Assembly: GCA_963770895.1 (NCBI GenBank)
Contig: CAVYRF010000002.1
Coordinates: forward strand, 1,664,001 to 1,728,000
Reading direction: 5' to 3'
DNA: 64,000 nucleotides
DNA from: an uncultured Acidobacteriota bacterium
Lineage (GTDB): Bacteria > Acidobacteriota > Thermoanaerobaculia > Multivoradales > UBA5704
Shown in pieces: positions 10,074 through 19,419 of the stretch. The translations under genes were made by a program, and so were the position numbers. The notes under the pieces were generated by a model, which saw only the letters and a program-made list of their open reading frames with translations, was not told the DNA's origin and ran no database searches. Within the stretch, counting starts at the first letter, position 1, and each line of letters begins with the position of its first letter.

Positions 10074-11841
10074 GCCCGAGACCATCGTCGACTACCTGCT
10101 GCAGGCTGGCCGCCAGCCGGACGGCGGGCTGCGCTTCGTCGACCGTGCCGAACAGGCACGGTGGTTCGGCTGGGAAGAGGTGCGGCGGCAGGCCCACGCC
10201 GTCTGCGGCGGCCTGCTGGCGCTGGGGGTCCGCCGCGGCGACAGGGTGGCCCTGATCTTTCCCACCAGCCCCGACTTCTTCGCCGGCTTCTTCGGCACCC
10301 TGCTGGCAGGCGCCGTGCCGGTGCCGCTCTATCCGCCGGTGCGGCTGGGCCGCCTGCAGGAATACATGGCGCGCACCACCCGGATGCTCGCCGCCACGGC
10401 GGCGCGGGTCGTCCTGGCCGACGCGCGGGTCAAGCGCCTGCTCGGCGAGCCGGTCGCCGCGGCGCGGACGCGCTGGGGCTGCCGCACCCTCGCGGATCTG
10501 CCGCGCGCCGCGCCGCCGGCCGACCTGCCGCCGGCGCAACCGCAGGACCTGGCACTGATCCAGTTTTCGTCCGGCACCACGGTGGCGCCCAAGGCGGTGG
10601 CGCTCAGCCACCGCGCGCTGGTGGCGCAAACCCGCATCCTGAACAGCTTTTGGGCCGACGCTCCGGGGCTGCGCCACAGCTGCGCCAGCTGGCTGCCGCT
10701 GTACCACGACATGGGACTGATCGGCTGCGTCTTCCCGGCGCTGGCGCGCGACGCCAGCCTGACGCTGCTGCCGCCCGAGCTGTTCGTGACCCGGCCCGCC
10801 CTGTGGCTGCGCGCCATCGCCCGCTATCGCGCGACCATCTCGCCGGCCCCCAATTTCGGTTACAGCCTGTGCCTGGCGCGGGTGGCGGACGCGGAGATGG
10901 AGGGCGTCGATCTTTCCTGCTGGCGCGCCGCGCTCAACGGCGCCGAGCCCGTGGCGCCGGGGGTGTTGCGCGCCTTTGCCCAACGCTTCGCGCGGTGGGG
11001 TTTCTCGCCGGCCGCCCTGACGCCGGTCTACGGACTGTCCGAAGCCGCCCTGGCGGTGACTTTTTCGGACCTCGACCGCCCCTATCGCAGCGGCCGCTTC
11101 GACCGCCAGGCGCTGGCGACCGAGCGCCTGGCGCAGCCGCCCGGCGCGACCGCCGCCGCCACCGAGATCGTGTCGGTGGGCCGTCCGGTCCCCGGCTTCC
11201 GCCTCTCCATCCGCGGCGCGCGCGGCGAAGAGCTGCCTGCCGGCAGGGTCGGGCGTCTGTGGATCCAGGGGCCATCGCTGATGGACGGCTACCTCAACGA
11301 TCCGCAGGCCACCGCCCAGGCGCTGCGCGACGGCTGGCTCGACACCGGCGACCTGGCGTTCCTGGACGAAGGTCAGCTCTATCTTGCCGGCCGCGCCAAG
11401 GACGTCGTGATCCTGCGCGGCCGCAACCACTCGCCGGCCGAGATCGAGCAGGCGGTCGATGCCGTGCCCGGCGTGCGCCCCGGCTGCGCCGTCGCCGTCT
11501 CCTGGCTGCCCGAAGGAGCGGCGGGCGAGCGCCTGGCGCTGTTCGTGGAGACCGCGCGCCGCGCCACGGAGGCAGACCTCGCCGCGCTGCCCGCCGGCTG
11601 CCGCACCGCGGTCGCCGCGGCCACCGGTCTGGCGGTGGACCTGCTGGAGGTGCTGGCGCCCGGCACCCTGCCGCGCACCTCCTCCGGCAAGCTGCGCCGC
11701 GCCGAAACCCTGCGCCTCTACCTGGCCGGCGACCTGACACCGCCGGCCAGAGTCTCCGTCCTGCGCCTGGCCGAAGCCGCGGCGCGCTCCGGCGTCGCCT
11801 ACGCCCGCTGGCGCCTGGAGCGCCGCGGCGAGGGCGGCTGA
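10060..11841 (+). CDS. Fatty acyl-AMP ligase
   Basis: QFSSGTT, SWLPLYHDMGLIG, YGLSEA, WLDTGD, GRAKD, RTSSGKL. Confidence 0.93.
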   Translation: MAEPEPETIVDYLLQAGRQPDGGLRFVDRAEQARWFGWEEVRRQAHAVCGGLLALGVRRGDRVALIFPTSPDFFAGFFGTLLAGAVPVPLYPPVRLGRLQEYMARTTRMLAATAARVVLADARVKRLLGEPVAAARTRWGCRTLADLPRAAPPADLPPAQPQDLALIQFSSGTTVAPKAVALSHRALVAQTRILNSFWADAPGLRHSCASWLPLYHDMGLIGCVFPALARDASLTLLPPELFVTRPALWLRAIARYRATISPAPNFGYSLCLARVADAEMEGVDLSCWRAALNGAEPVAPGVLRAFAQRFARWGFSPAALTPVYGLSEAALAVTFSDLDRPYRSGRFDRQALATERLAQPPGATAAATEIVSVGRPVPGFRLSIRGARGEELPAGRVGRLWIQGPSLMDGYLNDPQATAQALRDGWLDTGDLAFLDEGQLYLAGRAKDVVILRGRNHSPAEIEQAVDAVPGVRPGCAVAVSWLPEGAAGERLALFVETARRATEADLAALPAGCRTAVAAATGLAVDLLEVLAPGTLPRTSSGKLRRAETLRLYLAGDLTPPARVSVLRLAEAAARSGVAYARWRLERRGEGG

Positions 11842-13115
11842 TGGACGCCGCGGCGGGAAAGGCTGAAGCCGTGGATCCCGTGGCGGCGGCCACCGATGTG
11901 CTGATCGTGGGCGGCGGCCCCGCCGGCCTCGCCACCGCCATTCGCGCCCGTATGGCCGGCCTCTCGGTGCGAGTCGTCGACCGCGGCCAGCCCCCCGTCG
12001 ACAAGGCCTGCGGCGAGGGCCTGATGCCCGACGCCGTGCTGCACCTGCGCCAGCTGGGGGTGGAGCTGCCGCCGGATCGAAGCCGGCGTCTGGCCGGCAT
12101 CCGCTACGTCGATGGCGGCATCGTCGCCGAAGGAGCGCTGCCCGAGCCCGGTGGCCTGGGCGTCCGCCGCCTGGATCTCCACCGCGCCCTGGCCGCCCGC
12201 GCCGCCGCGGTCGGCGTCGACCTCCGCTGGGGCTGTGCCGTCAGCGGCCTGGCCCTGGCGACACCGGAGGCTGGCGCCGCTGGCGCCGGACGGCGGGCCG
12301 GCAATGGGGGGGCGGGGTGTCGCGGCCCGGCGGGCGCGGGCGACGTTTGGGTGTGCGGCGCGCTCACCGGTGCCGACGGCGACCACCTGATGCCCGCCCG
12401 CTGGGTGGTCGGCGCCGACGGTCTGCACTCGCGGGTGCGCGGCTGGGCGGGTCTGGCGGCGGCGCCGGCGGCGCGACGGCCGCGGTTCGGGGTGCGGCGG
12501 CATTTTGTCTGCGCGCCCTGGAGCGACATGGTGGAGGTGCACTGGGGCGAAGGGTGCGAAGCCTATGTCACTCCCGTCGGCCCCGACCTGGTGGGGGTCG
12601 CCCTGCTGTGGGGCGATGGCAAGGCCAGCTTCGACAGCCTGCTGGCCCGGTTCCCCTCTCTGGCCGCGCGCCTTGCCGGCGCGGCGCCCGCCTCCCGCGA
12701 TCGCGGCGCCGGGCCGCTGCGGCAACGGGTCGCCGCGGCGTGCCGCGGCAACGTGGCGCTGATCGGCGACGCCGCGGGCTACTTCGACGCCATCACCGGC
12801 GAGGGCCTGGCGGTGGCGCTCCACCAATCGGCGGCGCTGATCGACGCCATCGCCCGCGCCGATGCGCGCGGCACGAACCACATGAGCCGGTATGCGGCGG
12901 CGCATCGGCGGATCGTGCGGCTGCCCAACGCGGTCACGGCGCTGATGCTGGCGCTGGAGCGCCGCCCCCGGCTGCGCCGCCGCGCGATGCGGGCGCTGGC
13001 GGCGGAGCCGGCGCTGTTCAACCGCCTGCTGGGCATCCATGCCCGTGCGCTGCCGCCGCGACGGCTGGGCATCGACGGCGCGCTGCGGCTGGTCTATCGT
13101 CTGGTCACCGCCTGA
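11841..13115 (+). CDS. FAD-dependent oxidoreductase/monooxygenase (SrsC/FtpE-like)
   Basis: GGGPAG, DKACGEGLMP, GADGLHSRVR, GDAAGYFDAITGEG; ATG overlaps FAAL stop. Confidence 0.9.
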   Translation: MDAAAGKAEAVDPVAAATDVLIVGGGPAGLATAIRARMAGLSVRVVDRGQPPVDKACGEGLMPDAVLHLRQLGVELPPDRSRRLAGIRYVDGGIVAEGALPEPGGLGVRRLDLHRALAARAAAVGVDLRWGCAVSGLALATPEAGAAGAGRRAGNGGAGCRGPAGAGDVWVCGALTGADGDHLMPARWVVGADGLHSRVRGWAGLAAAPAARRPRFGVRRHFVCAPWSDMVEVHWGEGCEAYVTPVGPDLVGVALLWGDGKASFDSLLARFPSLAARLAGAAPASRDRGAGPLRQRVAAACRGNVALIGDAAGYFDAITGEGLAVALHQSAALIDAIARADARGTNHMSRYAAAHRRIVRLPNAVTALMLALERRPRLRRRAMRALAAEPALFNRLLGIHARALPPRRLGIDGALRLVYRLVTA

Positions 13116-13222
13116 GGCCGCCGGCGCACGCAGTTAGATGCGTGCACCGGTGCGGGCGCGAGTCCGAGCGGAGTGCCGGGTGGCGCGACGGCGACCGCCG
13201 GCAGAAGCAAGAGGAGAGCGGA

Positions 13223-14467
13223 ATGAGTCAGAGCCAGGTGCAGGAGCGGCCCCTGCTGATGATCCCCGGTCCGGTCGAAGTGTCGCCGGCCGTGATGCAA
13301 GCCTTTGCGGCGCCGCCGCCGGGCCACACCTCGCCGCCGGTGATCGCCGCCTTCGGCGAGGCGCTGGAGCGCATGCGCCGCGTGTGGCAGGCCGACCCGG
13401 CCAGCCAGCCCTTCGTCGTGGGCGGCGGCGGCACCGTCGGCATGGAGATGGCCGCCGCCAACCTGGTGGCGCCCGGCGACCGCGTGCTGGTGGTCAAGAC
13501 CGGCTACTTCTCCGACCGCATGGCCGAAATCCTCCGCCGCTACGGCGCCGAGACGATCGAGGTGGGAGCCCAGCCAGGCGATGCGCCCACCCCCGACGCG
13601 GTCCGCCAAGCCCTGGCCCAGGCAACCGCCGGCGGCCGTCCCGCCAAGGCCCTCTTTGCCACCCACGTGGACACCTCGACGGGAGTCCGCCTGGACCCCC
13701 AACCCTTCGCCCAGCTCGCCCGCCAGCAGGGCATGCTCTCCGTCTTCGACGGCGTCTGCGGCGCCGCCGGCGAACGCTTCGAAATGGCCGCATGGGACGC
13801 CGACGTCTACTTCACCGGCTCGCAAAAAGCCCTGGGCCTGCCCCCCGGCCTGGCCCTCATGGTCGCCAGCCCGCGCGCCCTCGCCGCGCGCCAGGAGCGC
13901 ACCGGCCCGCCGCCGCCCATGTACCTGGACTGGCACGTCTGGCAGCCCGTCCTGCGCGCCTACGAAGAGCGCCGCCCCGCCTACTTCTCGACCCCGCCCA
14001 CCAACCTCATCCTGGCCCTCAACGCCGGCCTGGCCGAGATCGAAAACGAAGGCATCACCGCCCGCATCGACCACCACGCCGCCACCGCCGCCGCCCTCCG
14101 CACCGCCTGGCGAGCCCTGGGCCTGCGCCTGCTCCCCCTCCGCGACGACCTGGCCGCCAACACCCTGTCCGCCCTCATGCTGAGCGAAGCCAACGCCGCC
14201 ATCGACACCGCCGCCGTCGTCGCCAGCATCGCCACCCAAGGCGTCGCCGTCGCCACCGGCCTCCTCCCCGCCTTCAAATCCCGCTACTTCCGCATCGGCC
14301 ACATGGGCTACGTCCTCACCCAACCCCACCAGCTCCGCCGCACCATCACCGCCGTCGCCGCCGCCCTCACCGCCCAAGGCATGGCACCCAGCCCCGCCGC
14401 CGAAGCCGCCGCCCTGGAAGCCCTGACCCCGATCGCCGGAGGCCACCGCTCGGCAGGTCAGCGCTGA
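13223..14467 (+). CDS. Class V PLP aminotransferase (alanine-glyoxylate/serine-pyruvate type)
   Basis: LLMIPGP, HVDTSTG, GSQKALGLPPG, FRIGHMG; GAGGAG RBS. Confidence 0.92.
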   Translation: MSQSQVQERPLLMIPGPVEVSPAVMQAFAAPPPGHTSPPVIAAFGEALERMRRVWQADPASQPFVVGGGGTVGMEMAAANLVAPGDRVLVVKTGYFSDRMAEILRRYGAETIEVGAQPGDAPTPDAVRQALAQATAGGRPAKALFATHVDTSTGVRLDPQPFAQLARQQGMLSVFDGVCGAAGERFEMAAWDADVYFTGSQKALGLPPGLALMVASPRALAARQERTGPPPPMYLDWHVWQPVLRAYEERRPAYFSTPPTNLILALNAGLAEIENEGITARIDHHAATAAALRTAWRALGLRLLPLRDDLAANTLSALMLSEANAAIDTAAVVASIATQGVAVATGLLPAFKSRYFRIGHMGYVLTQPHQLRRTITAVAAALTAQGMAPSPAAEAAALEALTPIAGGHRSAGQR

Positions 14468-14498
14468 GGCAACGTTAGCTGCCGGCGAGACCATCTAA

Positions 14499-14666
14499 CT
14501 AGTGGCCTGTATCAGTGAAATTGGCGGCGGATGGCGCCGCCATTCGGCGGCGCGGGCCAGGCGCGCCGACGCAGGCATAGTCGAACCTATGTCGAGGAGG
14601 CGCAACGCAGCCCCCGCCGTCGAGGGCAAGCCAGGCGCTGCCGATTTCTCTGATACAGGCCACTAG
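14499..14666. mobile_element. MITE-like long hairpin, copy 1
   Basis: 31-bp terminal inverted repeats including CTAG ends (CTAGTGGCCTGTATCAGTGAAATTGGCGGCG vs revcomp CTAGTGGCCTGTATCAGAGAAATCGGCAGCG, 3 mismatches); core shared with 61097..61257. Confidence 0.8.
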
Positions 14667-15202
14667 ATTTGGTTTAGATCGTCGGTCTCAAGGATTTGCT
14701 CGACGGAAAAGCCCAGAGATGCCAGGTACGCTGTCCAGGCATCGCCATGCCATAGCTCAAAGAGAGATCCGGACGCGAACACGATCCCTGTCTCGCCGTG
14801 GCTGGGTAAGATCCCAAGCTTCCGAGCTCCAGACGGCAACGCGACTGTGTAAGAGGCTTGTCCAGAGCGCTTAAGCTCAAATTTAAACGTCAGCAACCAA
14901 CGAGTTCCGAGGTAGCGCGCAGCATCCGCTCGCCTTGTACCTGCTTCACGCAGGCTCAAATCTCCTGACTCCCGCAGTCGATGGACGGCCGAATCGACTT
15001 CGGCGGGATCCAAGACCAGGATGCCGCCACGGCGACTGACCACACCTACCCGCTGGACTGTCTCGCCCACGAGCCAGGGAACCAGCTGGCCACCCCACAG
15101 TTCCTTATCTGTGAGGCGAAGGCGGGTTTCCTCGGCCGTGTAGGCCCGTACAAAAGGTTCTCCCGCGAAGTCGGTCTGGATTGGGGGGCGTCCGGCGTGC
15201 AT
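14663..15202 (-). CDS. Divergent MraZ-like (SpoVT/AbrB-type) putative DNA-binding protein
   Basis: C-terminus ELKRSG..VALPSGARKLGIL..GIVFASGSLFELWHGDAW resembles the MraZ C-terminal ..FELW...W pattern; lower-GC DNA. Confidence 0.5.
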   Translation of the reverse strand: MHAGRPPIQTDFAGEPFVRAYTAEETRLRLTDKELWGGQLVPWLVGETVQRVGVVSRRGGILVLDPAEVDSAVHRLRESGDLSLREAGTRRADAARYLGTRWLLTFKFELKRSGQASYTVALPSGARKLGILPSHGETGIVFASGSLFELWHGDAWTAYLASLGFSVEQILETDDLNQI

Positions 15203-15277
15203 AATTTTGGGATAAGCAGGTAAAAGCTAGACTATCTGGCTGATTTTACGGTATTTGATCCGGAGTAATTTTGGGAT
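15202..15277. promoter_or_regulatory. AT-rich divergent control region with 12-bp direct repeat TAATTTTGGGAT
   Basis: Exact copies at 15202-15213 and 15266-15277 between two divergent genes. Confidence 0.55.
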
Positions 15278-15350
15278 TATCATGGATCTGGTTTGTGGCG
15301 GTGAGCGAGGACGCATTGCTGAGTTCGGTGCACCCTGCTTATGGAGACGG

Positions 15351-15869
15351 ATGATGCCTGCGCCTGGAGTCTCAACGCTGATTGATTGGGTTGATCCTGC
15401 CGACGAACCCTTCAACACCATCGCGCGCGGCGAGGTGTTTGAGAAGCACGCTGCATTTCGGGTCGTTCATATCTTTCTCTTCGATCCGGCCGGGGACCTC
15501 CTCGTTCAACAGCTCGGCCATTCTCGGGACCGCAATCCCTTAAAGTGGGGCTCTTCTGTCGCTGGTTACCTGAACGCGGGAGAGGACTACCTAGAGGCGG
15601 CAAAGCGCCGCCTTAAAGAGGAGCTTGACTACGAGGGGGACCTGGCAAAGTTCGGCAGTGTAGTAATGCGGGACCAAGGCGCCAGAAAGTTCATTACCCT
15701 CTACATCGGCACTGCGTTTTCTTCGCGGGTCGCCATTGCGGAGCCAGACCATATCGAGAGGGTGCGTTTCGCTCCTCTTGGCGATTTGATCAGGGAGATA
15801 CAAGAGGAGCCAGACAGCTTCACGGAGACCTTCCGCTTCCTGCTGCGGTTTTATCTCTCGAACGGCTAA
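15351..15869 (+). CDS. NUDIX hydrolase (IDI/YfcD-like)
   Basis: VVHIFLF..GDLLVQQ, KWGSSVAG, GEDYLEAAKRRLKEEL Nudix-like box; GGAG before ATG 15351. Confidence 0.85.
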   Translation: MMPAPGVSTLIDWVDPADEPFNTIARGEVFEKHAAFRVVHIFLFDPAGDLLVQQLGHSRDRNPLKWGSSVAGYLNAGEDYLEAAKRRLKEELDYEGDLAKFGSVVMRDQGARKFITLYIGTAFSSRVAIAEPDHIERVRFAPLGDLIREIQEEPDSFTETFRFLLRFYLSNG

Positions 15870-15871
15870 CA

Positions 15872-16426
15872 TCACCGGTGCCGAGGGGTGGCGGGGAGTG
15901 GGTGAACCGACACGGTAGCCCCGGGTTGAGGCGTCGCGATGTGCGCCATACCCGGCGGCGAGGTCTGAGGTCGAGGAATAACGCCGAACCCAGAGAGCGC
16001 CCCGGCTAGGTCTACCATGAAAAGTAAGCTAAGGATGACTTGGTTGAAAGTGGTAACGCTGGCGAAACGACGGCGTCGGCTCCCAGTAGACTTTGTTCCC
16101 ATTGTGACCATATGCGCGATTCCCAGCTGTCTCGCAAGCTGGTCCTTGGCGTTCCTGGTGTCCCTGTAGTATCCGTGCTGGGTGTGAGAGCCCAGAATCG
16201 AGAGCGCTGCTACCCCCATCCCCACCAGAAACACTGCACCCGCCAAGTAGGGATGTTGAGACTGGCCTAGCAGCGCGACCCCTGCGGCAATGATGGCCGA
16301 GTTCAGGACCACATAATCGCGGGAGCGGTCCGCATTGAGCTTGACCTGAAACCTGTACTCCTCTACAGCTATCTTGTAGTGGTCAAGAAGTTCTTCACGC
16401 GACGGGCGAACCGGTTTCTCCGCCAT
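15872..16426 (-). CDS. Small membrane protein (RipA-like/oligomeric 2-3 TM family, tentative)
   Basis: LLDHYKIAVEEYR..RSRDYVVLNSAII followed by two TM helices and a third near the C-terminus. Confidence 0.55.
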   Translation of the reverse strand: MAEKPVRPSREELLDHYKIAVEEYRFQVKLNADRSRDYVVLNSAIIAAGVALLGQSQHPYLAGAVFLVGMGVAALSILGSHTQHGYYRDTRNAKDQLARQLGIAHMVTMGTKSTGSRRRRFASVTTFNQVILSLLFMVDLAGALSGFGVIPRPQTSPPGMAHIATPQPGATVSVHPLPATPRHR

Positions 16427-16861
16427 TCATTTGCCTTCCGATCCTGCCGGGGCGCTACGCTCCGACTTTCGCTCTAATTTTATCGCCAGCGACTCCTGGC
16501 ACGGCCGCCAGAATTCGCTCTGCCTGCCCTCGGCGGAGGCAACTAGGCCGTCAGGCTCGCCCTTCCGGTGTTGTCCCGCGCCCGTTCGTAGGAGAAACCG
16601 GTCCCGGCGGCGGGCGGGACCCTCGGCGGCGCTCCGGTGGCGAGCCGCCGGCCTATCCGCAAGCCGCCACCGCTCCGCGAGCCCCTGGCGCGACGCTGAG
16701 GAGTGCCCTCCCGCCGCTGGCCCCAAGCCACCAAGCCCACAGTCCTCCGCCCCCAGGTCACCTGCCCGAAGCAAGAAGGGTGGACGGGGGGAGGGGGGAA
16801 GGGGAGGGGGCGGGGGGAGCCGGGAGGGAGACGGCCGAGTAGCGTACAATGCGCGGTTGCG

Positions 16862-18454
16862 ATGAAGAATCGACCCCAACGCCAACGCGAGCGCGGCCAG
16901 GACTGGTCGCCGTTTGTGCGCGCCGAGCGACCGGTGGAGCCATTTGCTGCCCATGGGCGGTTTCGGCTGGGGGTGGCGTACGCCAACACCTACCATGTCG
17001 CGATGTCCAGCCTGGGGTTCCAGCGGCTGTACGAGCTGGTGCACCGGCGGCCCGAGTGGGTGGCGGAGCGCTATTTTGCCGACGGGGTGGGTATGCCGCT
17101 TTCGGTGGAGAGCGGGCGCCCGGCCAGCGAGATGACCTGCCTGGCGTTTTCGGTGTCGTTCGAGCAGGACTTTGTCAATCTGCTCGCCATGCTGGACCGC
17201 GCCGGCATCCCGCTGCGGCGCAGCGAGCGCGGGCCCTGGCACCCGCTCATCGTCATGGGCGGCTCCTGCGCGTCGATCAACCCGCTGCCGATGGCGCACT
17301 TTGTCGACGTCTTCGCCCTGGGGGCCGCCGAAAACGTGCTGCCGCCGCTGCTTGCGGCGCTCGAAGAGGAAGACGACCGCGACGCCGTCATCGAACGCCT
17401 GGCGGCCCAGGACGGCTTCTACGTGCCCGCCTACCACCAGGTCGAAGACGACGGCAGTGAGATCGGCGCCGTCAGGAAGCTCAACAAGCTGGAGCTCACC
17501 GCCGAGCAGATGCGGCAGCCGGGGTATCTGCCGACCACCACGATCGTCACGCCGCGCACCGAGTTTGCCGACAAGTTCCTGATCGAGATGTCGCGCGGCT
17601 GTCCGGAAAAGTGCCGCTACTGCTGGGCCACGTTCGGCATGGGGCGCTTCCGCTGGCATCCTGCCGACGCCATCCTGGGATCCCTGGAGCGCGCCCGCCG
17701 GGTCACCGACCAGCTGGGCTTTGTCGCCACCGCGGTGGGGGACCATCCCGAGATCGAGCGCATCCTGCGCGAAGCCAACACGATGGGGTTTCGCACCTCG
17801 GTGTCGTCGATCCGCATTCCGGCGGTGACGCCGGCGGTGCTGGCGGCGTTGCACGCCTCGGGCGACCGCTCCATCACCCTGGCGCCCGAAACTGGCACCG
17901 ACGAGCTGCGCATCAAGATGGGCAAGCCGATCTCCAACCAGACGCTGCTCGAAAAGGTGCGGCTCATCTTCCGCCACGGCTTCACCCAGCTCAAGCTCTA
18001 CTTCATCGTCGGCCTGCCGGACGAAACGCTGGACGACGTGCACGGCATCGTCGAGCTGGCGGCGCAGGTGCGCGCCGCGATGCTCGCGGAGTGCACCGCG
18101 ACCGGCGTGATCGGCCACATCCACCTGGGCGTCAACGTCCTGGTGCCCAAGCCCTACACCCCCTGGCAGCGCCAGCCGATGGACGATCCCAGGAGCTTGC
18201 GCGAGAAGATCACGCTGCTCAAGCGCGGCTTGTCCCACCTGCCGAACGTCTCGCTGGGGTCGATCTCGGTGCGCCAGGCGGTGTGGCAGACCTACGTGAG
18301 CAAGGCTGGCAGCGACGCCGCCGACCTGCTGGAGCTGGCCGCGCGCGGCGAGCCGTTGACCTCGATTCTGCAGCGCTTCGCGCCGCGCATCGACGCCCAG
18401 GTGTTCCAGCACCTGGAGGGCGACCTGCGCTGGCACTTCATGCGCCAGGCCTGA
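16862..18454 (+). CDS. Radical SAM protein
   Basis: EMSRGCPEKCRYC (CxxxCxxC), TLAPETG, KLYFIVGLP, VPKPYTPWQ. Confidence 0.9.
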   Translation: MKNRPQRQRERGQDWSPFVRAERPVEPFAAHGRFRLGVAYANTYHVAMSSLGFQRLYELVHRRPEWVAERYFADGVGMPLSVESGRPASEMTCLAFSVSFEQDFVNLLAMLDRAGIPLRRSERGPWHPLIVMGGSCASINPLPMAHFVDVFALGAAENVLPPLLAALEEEDDRDAVIERLAAQDGFYVPAYHQVEDDGSEIGAVRKLNKLELTAEQMRQPGYLPTTTIVTPRTEFADKFLIEMSRGCPEKCRYCWATFGMGRFRWHPADAILGSLERARRVTDQLGFVATAVGDHPEIERILREANTMGFRTSVSSIRIPAVTPAVLAALHASGDRSITLAPETGTDELRIKMGKPISNQTLLEKVRLIFRHGFTQLKLYFIVGLPDETLDDVHGIVELAAQVRAAMLAECTATGVIGHIHLGVNVLVPKPYTPWQRQPMDDPRSLREKITLLKRGLSHLPNVSLGSISVRQAVWQTYVSKAGSDAADLLELAARGEPLTSILQRFAPRIDAQVFQHLEGDLRWHFMRQA

Positions 18455-19394
18455 GCGCCTCTTCCTCCTCGGCCGCGGCCCCATCCCCCGCGGCTCCGGC
18501 CGCCGGCGCTTCGCCGCCGGGAGCCAGGACCAGCAGCCGCTGCGGCGCGAGCCGCACGTGCACCGACTCCCCCTCCCCGACCGGGTCGCCGTCGACCTGC
18601 ATGGCCGAGCCGGGAGGCACGCTGAACACCACCTCGCTCACCTCCTGCACCGCGACGTCGGCACGCGCGATGTGCCTGCCGCGCACCACGTCCAAAATAA
18701 AGCCCAGGGTGGCGGCGCGCCCGCGGCCGCGAAAGACCACCAGCTCGAACTTGCGGCTGTCGGGCCGCGCCCGCGGCGCCATGCGGAAGTTGCCTCCGTA
18801 ATACGGGATGTTCGACACCGTCAGAAAGGTGGCCGGCGCCAGCCGCCGCCCGTCGGCCTCGATCTCAAGGTCGGGATAGGCGTAGCGCCACCACTCGCGC
18901 ACCCCTTGCAGCAGCACCGCGGTGCGCCCCAGCCGCGATTTGAAGTCGCGGTCCAGGGTCGTCAGGGCGCGGGCGTCCAGGCCGGCCGAGGTCATCATCA
19001 GGAACACGCTCATGCCTGCCATGCCGACGTCGACGGGTCGCGGCGCCAGGCCGCAGAGCAGGGCGGCCGCCGCCACCGGGTCGCGCGGCAGGCCGAGCGC
19101 GAGCGCCATCAGGTTCACCGTGCCGCCGGGCAGGATCCCCAGGTGGGTGGAGGTGCCCAGCAGGCCCGCCGCGACCTCGCGCGCGGTGCCGTCGCCGCCC
19201 AGCGCGAAAACCGCCTCCATACGGTGCTCCCGCGCCAGCTCGCCGGCCAGCTCGGTGGCCTGGCCCGGCCCGGTGGTGGGCACCGGCGCCAGCTCGAGGT
19301 CCGCCCGCCGGCAGGCGGTGACGATGGCGTCGATGGTTTTTTCGTGCCGTCCCCGCCCCGCCGCCGGGTTATAGATCAACGCGCCGTGCCGCAC
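18438..19394 (-). CDS. Diacylglycerol/lipid kinase family (YegS-like)
   Basis: IYNPAAG, GGDGT, LPGGTVN, QVDGD. Confidence 0.92.
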   Translation of the reverse strand: MRHGALIYNPAAGRGRHEKTIDAIVTACRRADLELAPVPTTGPGQATELAGELAREHRMEAVFALGGDGTAREVAAGLLGTSTHLGILPGGTVNLMALALGLPRDPVAAAALLCGLAPRPVDVGMAGMSVFLMMTSAGLDARALTTLDRDFKSRLGRTAVLLQGVREWWRYAYPDLEIEADGRRLAPATFLTVSNIPYYGGNFRMAPRARPDSRKFELVVFRGRGRAATLGFILDVVRGRHIARADVAVQEVSEVVFSVPPGSAMQVDGDPVGEGESVHVRLAPQRLLVLAPGGEAPAAGAAGDGAAAEEEEALRPGA

Positions 19395-19419
19395 CGTGTG
19401 CCTTTCGCGAGGAGAGGGA

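Noticed and set aside
10161-13115. 984-aa ORF, and similar long Arg/Pro/Ala-rich ORFs (23383, 31040, 43219, 59270)
   Set aside because: Off-frame read-through typical of high-GC DNA; only the C-terminal parts carry motifs, or none do
16427-16860. ORFs in the gap between the island and the radical SAM gene
   Set aside because: Low-complexity translations with no motifs or RBS; treated as intergenic
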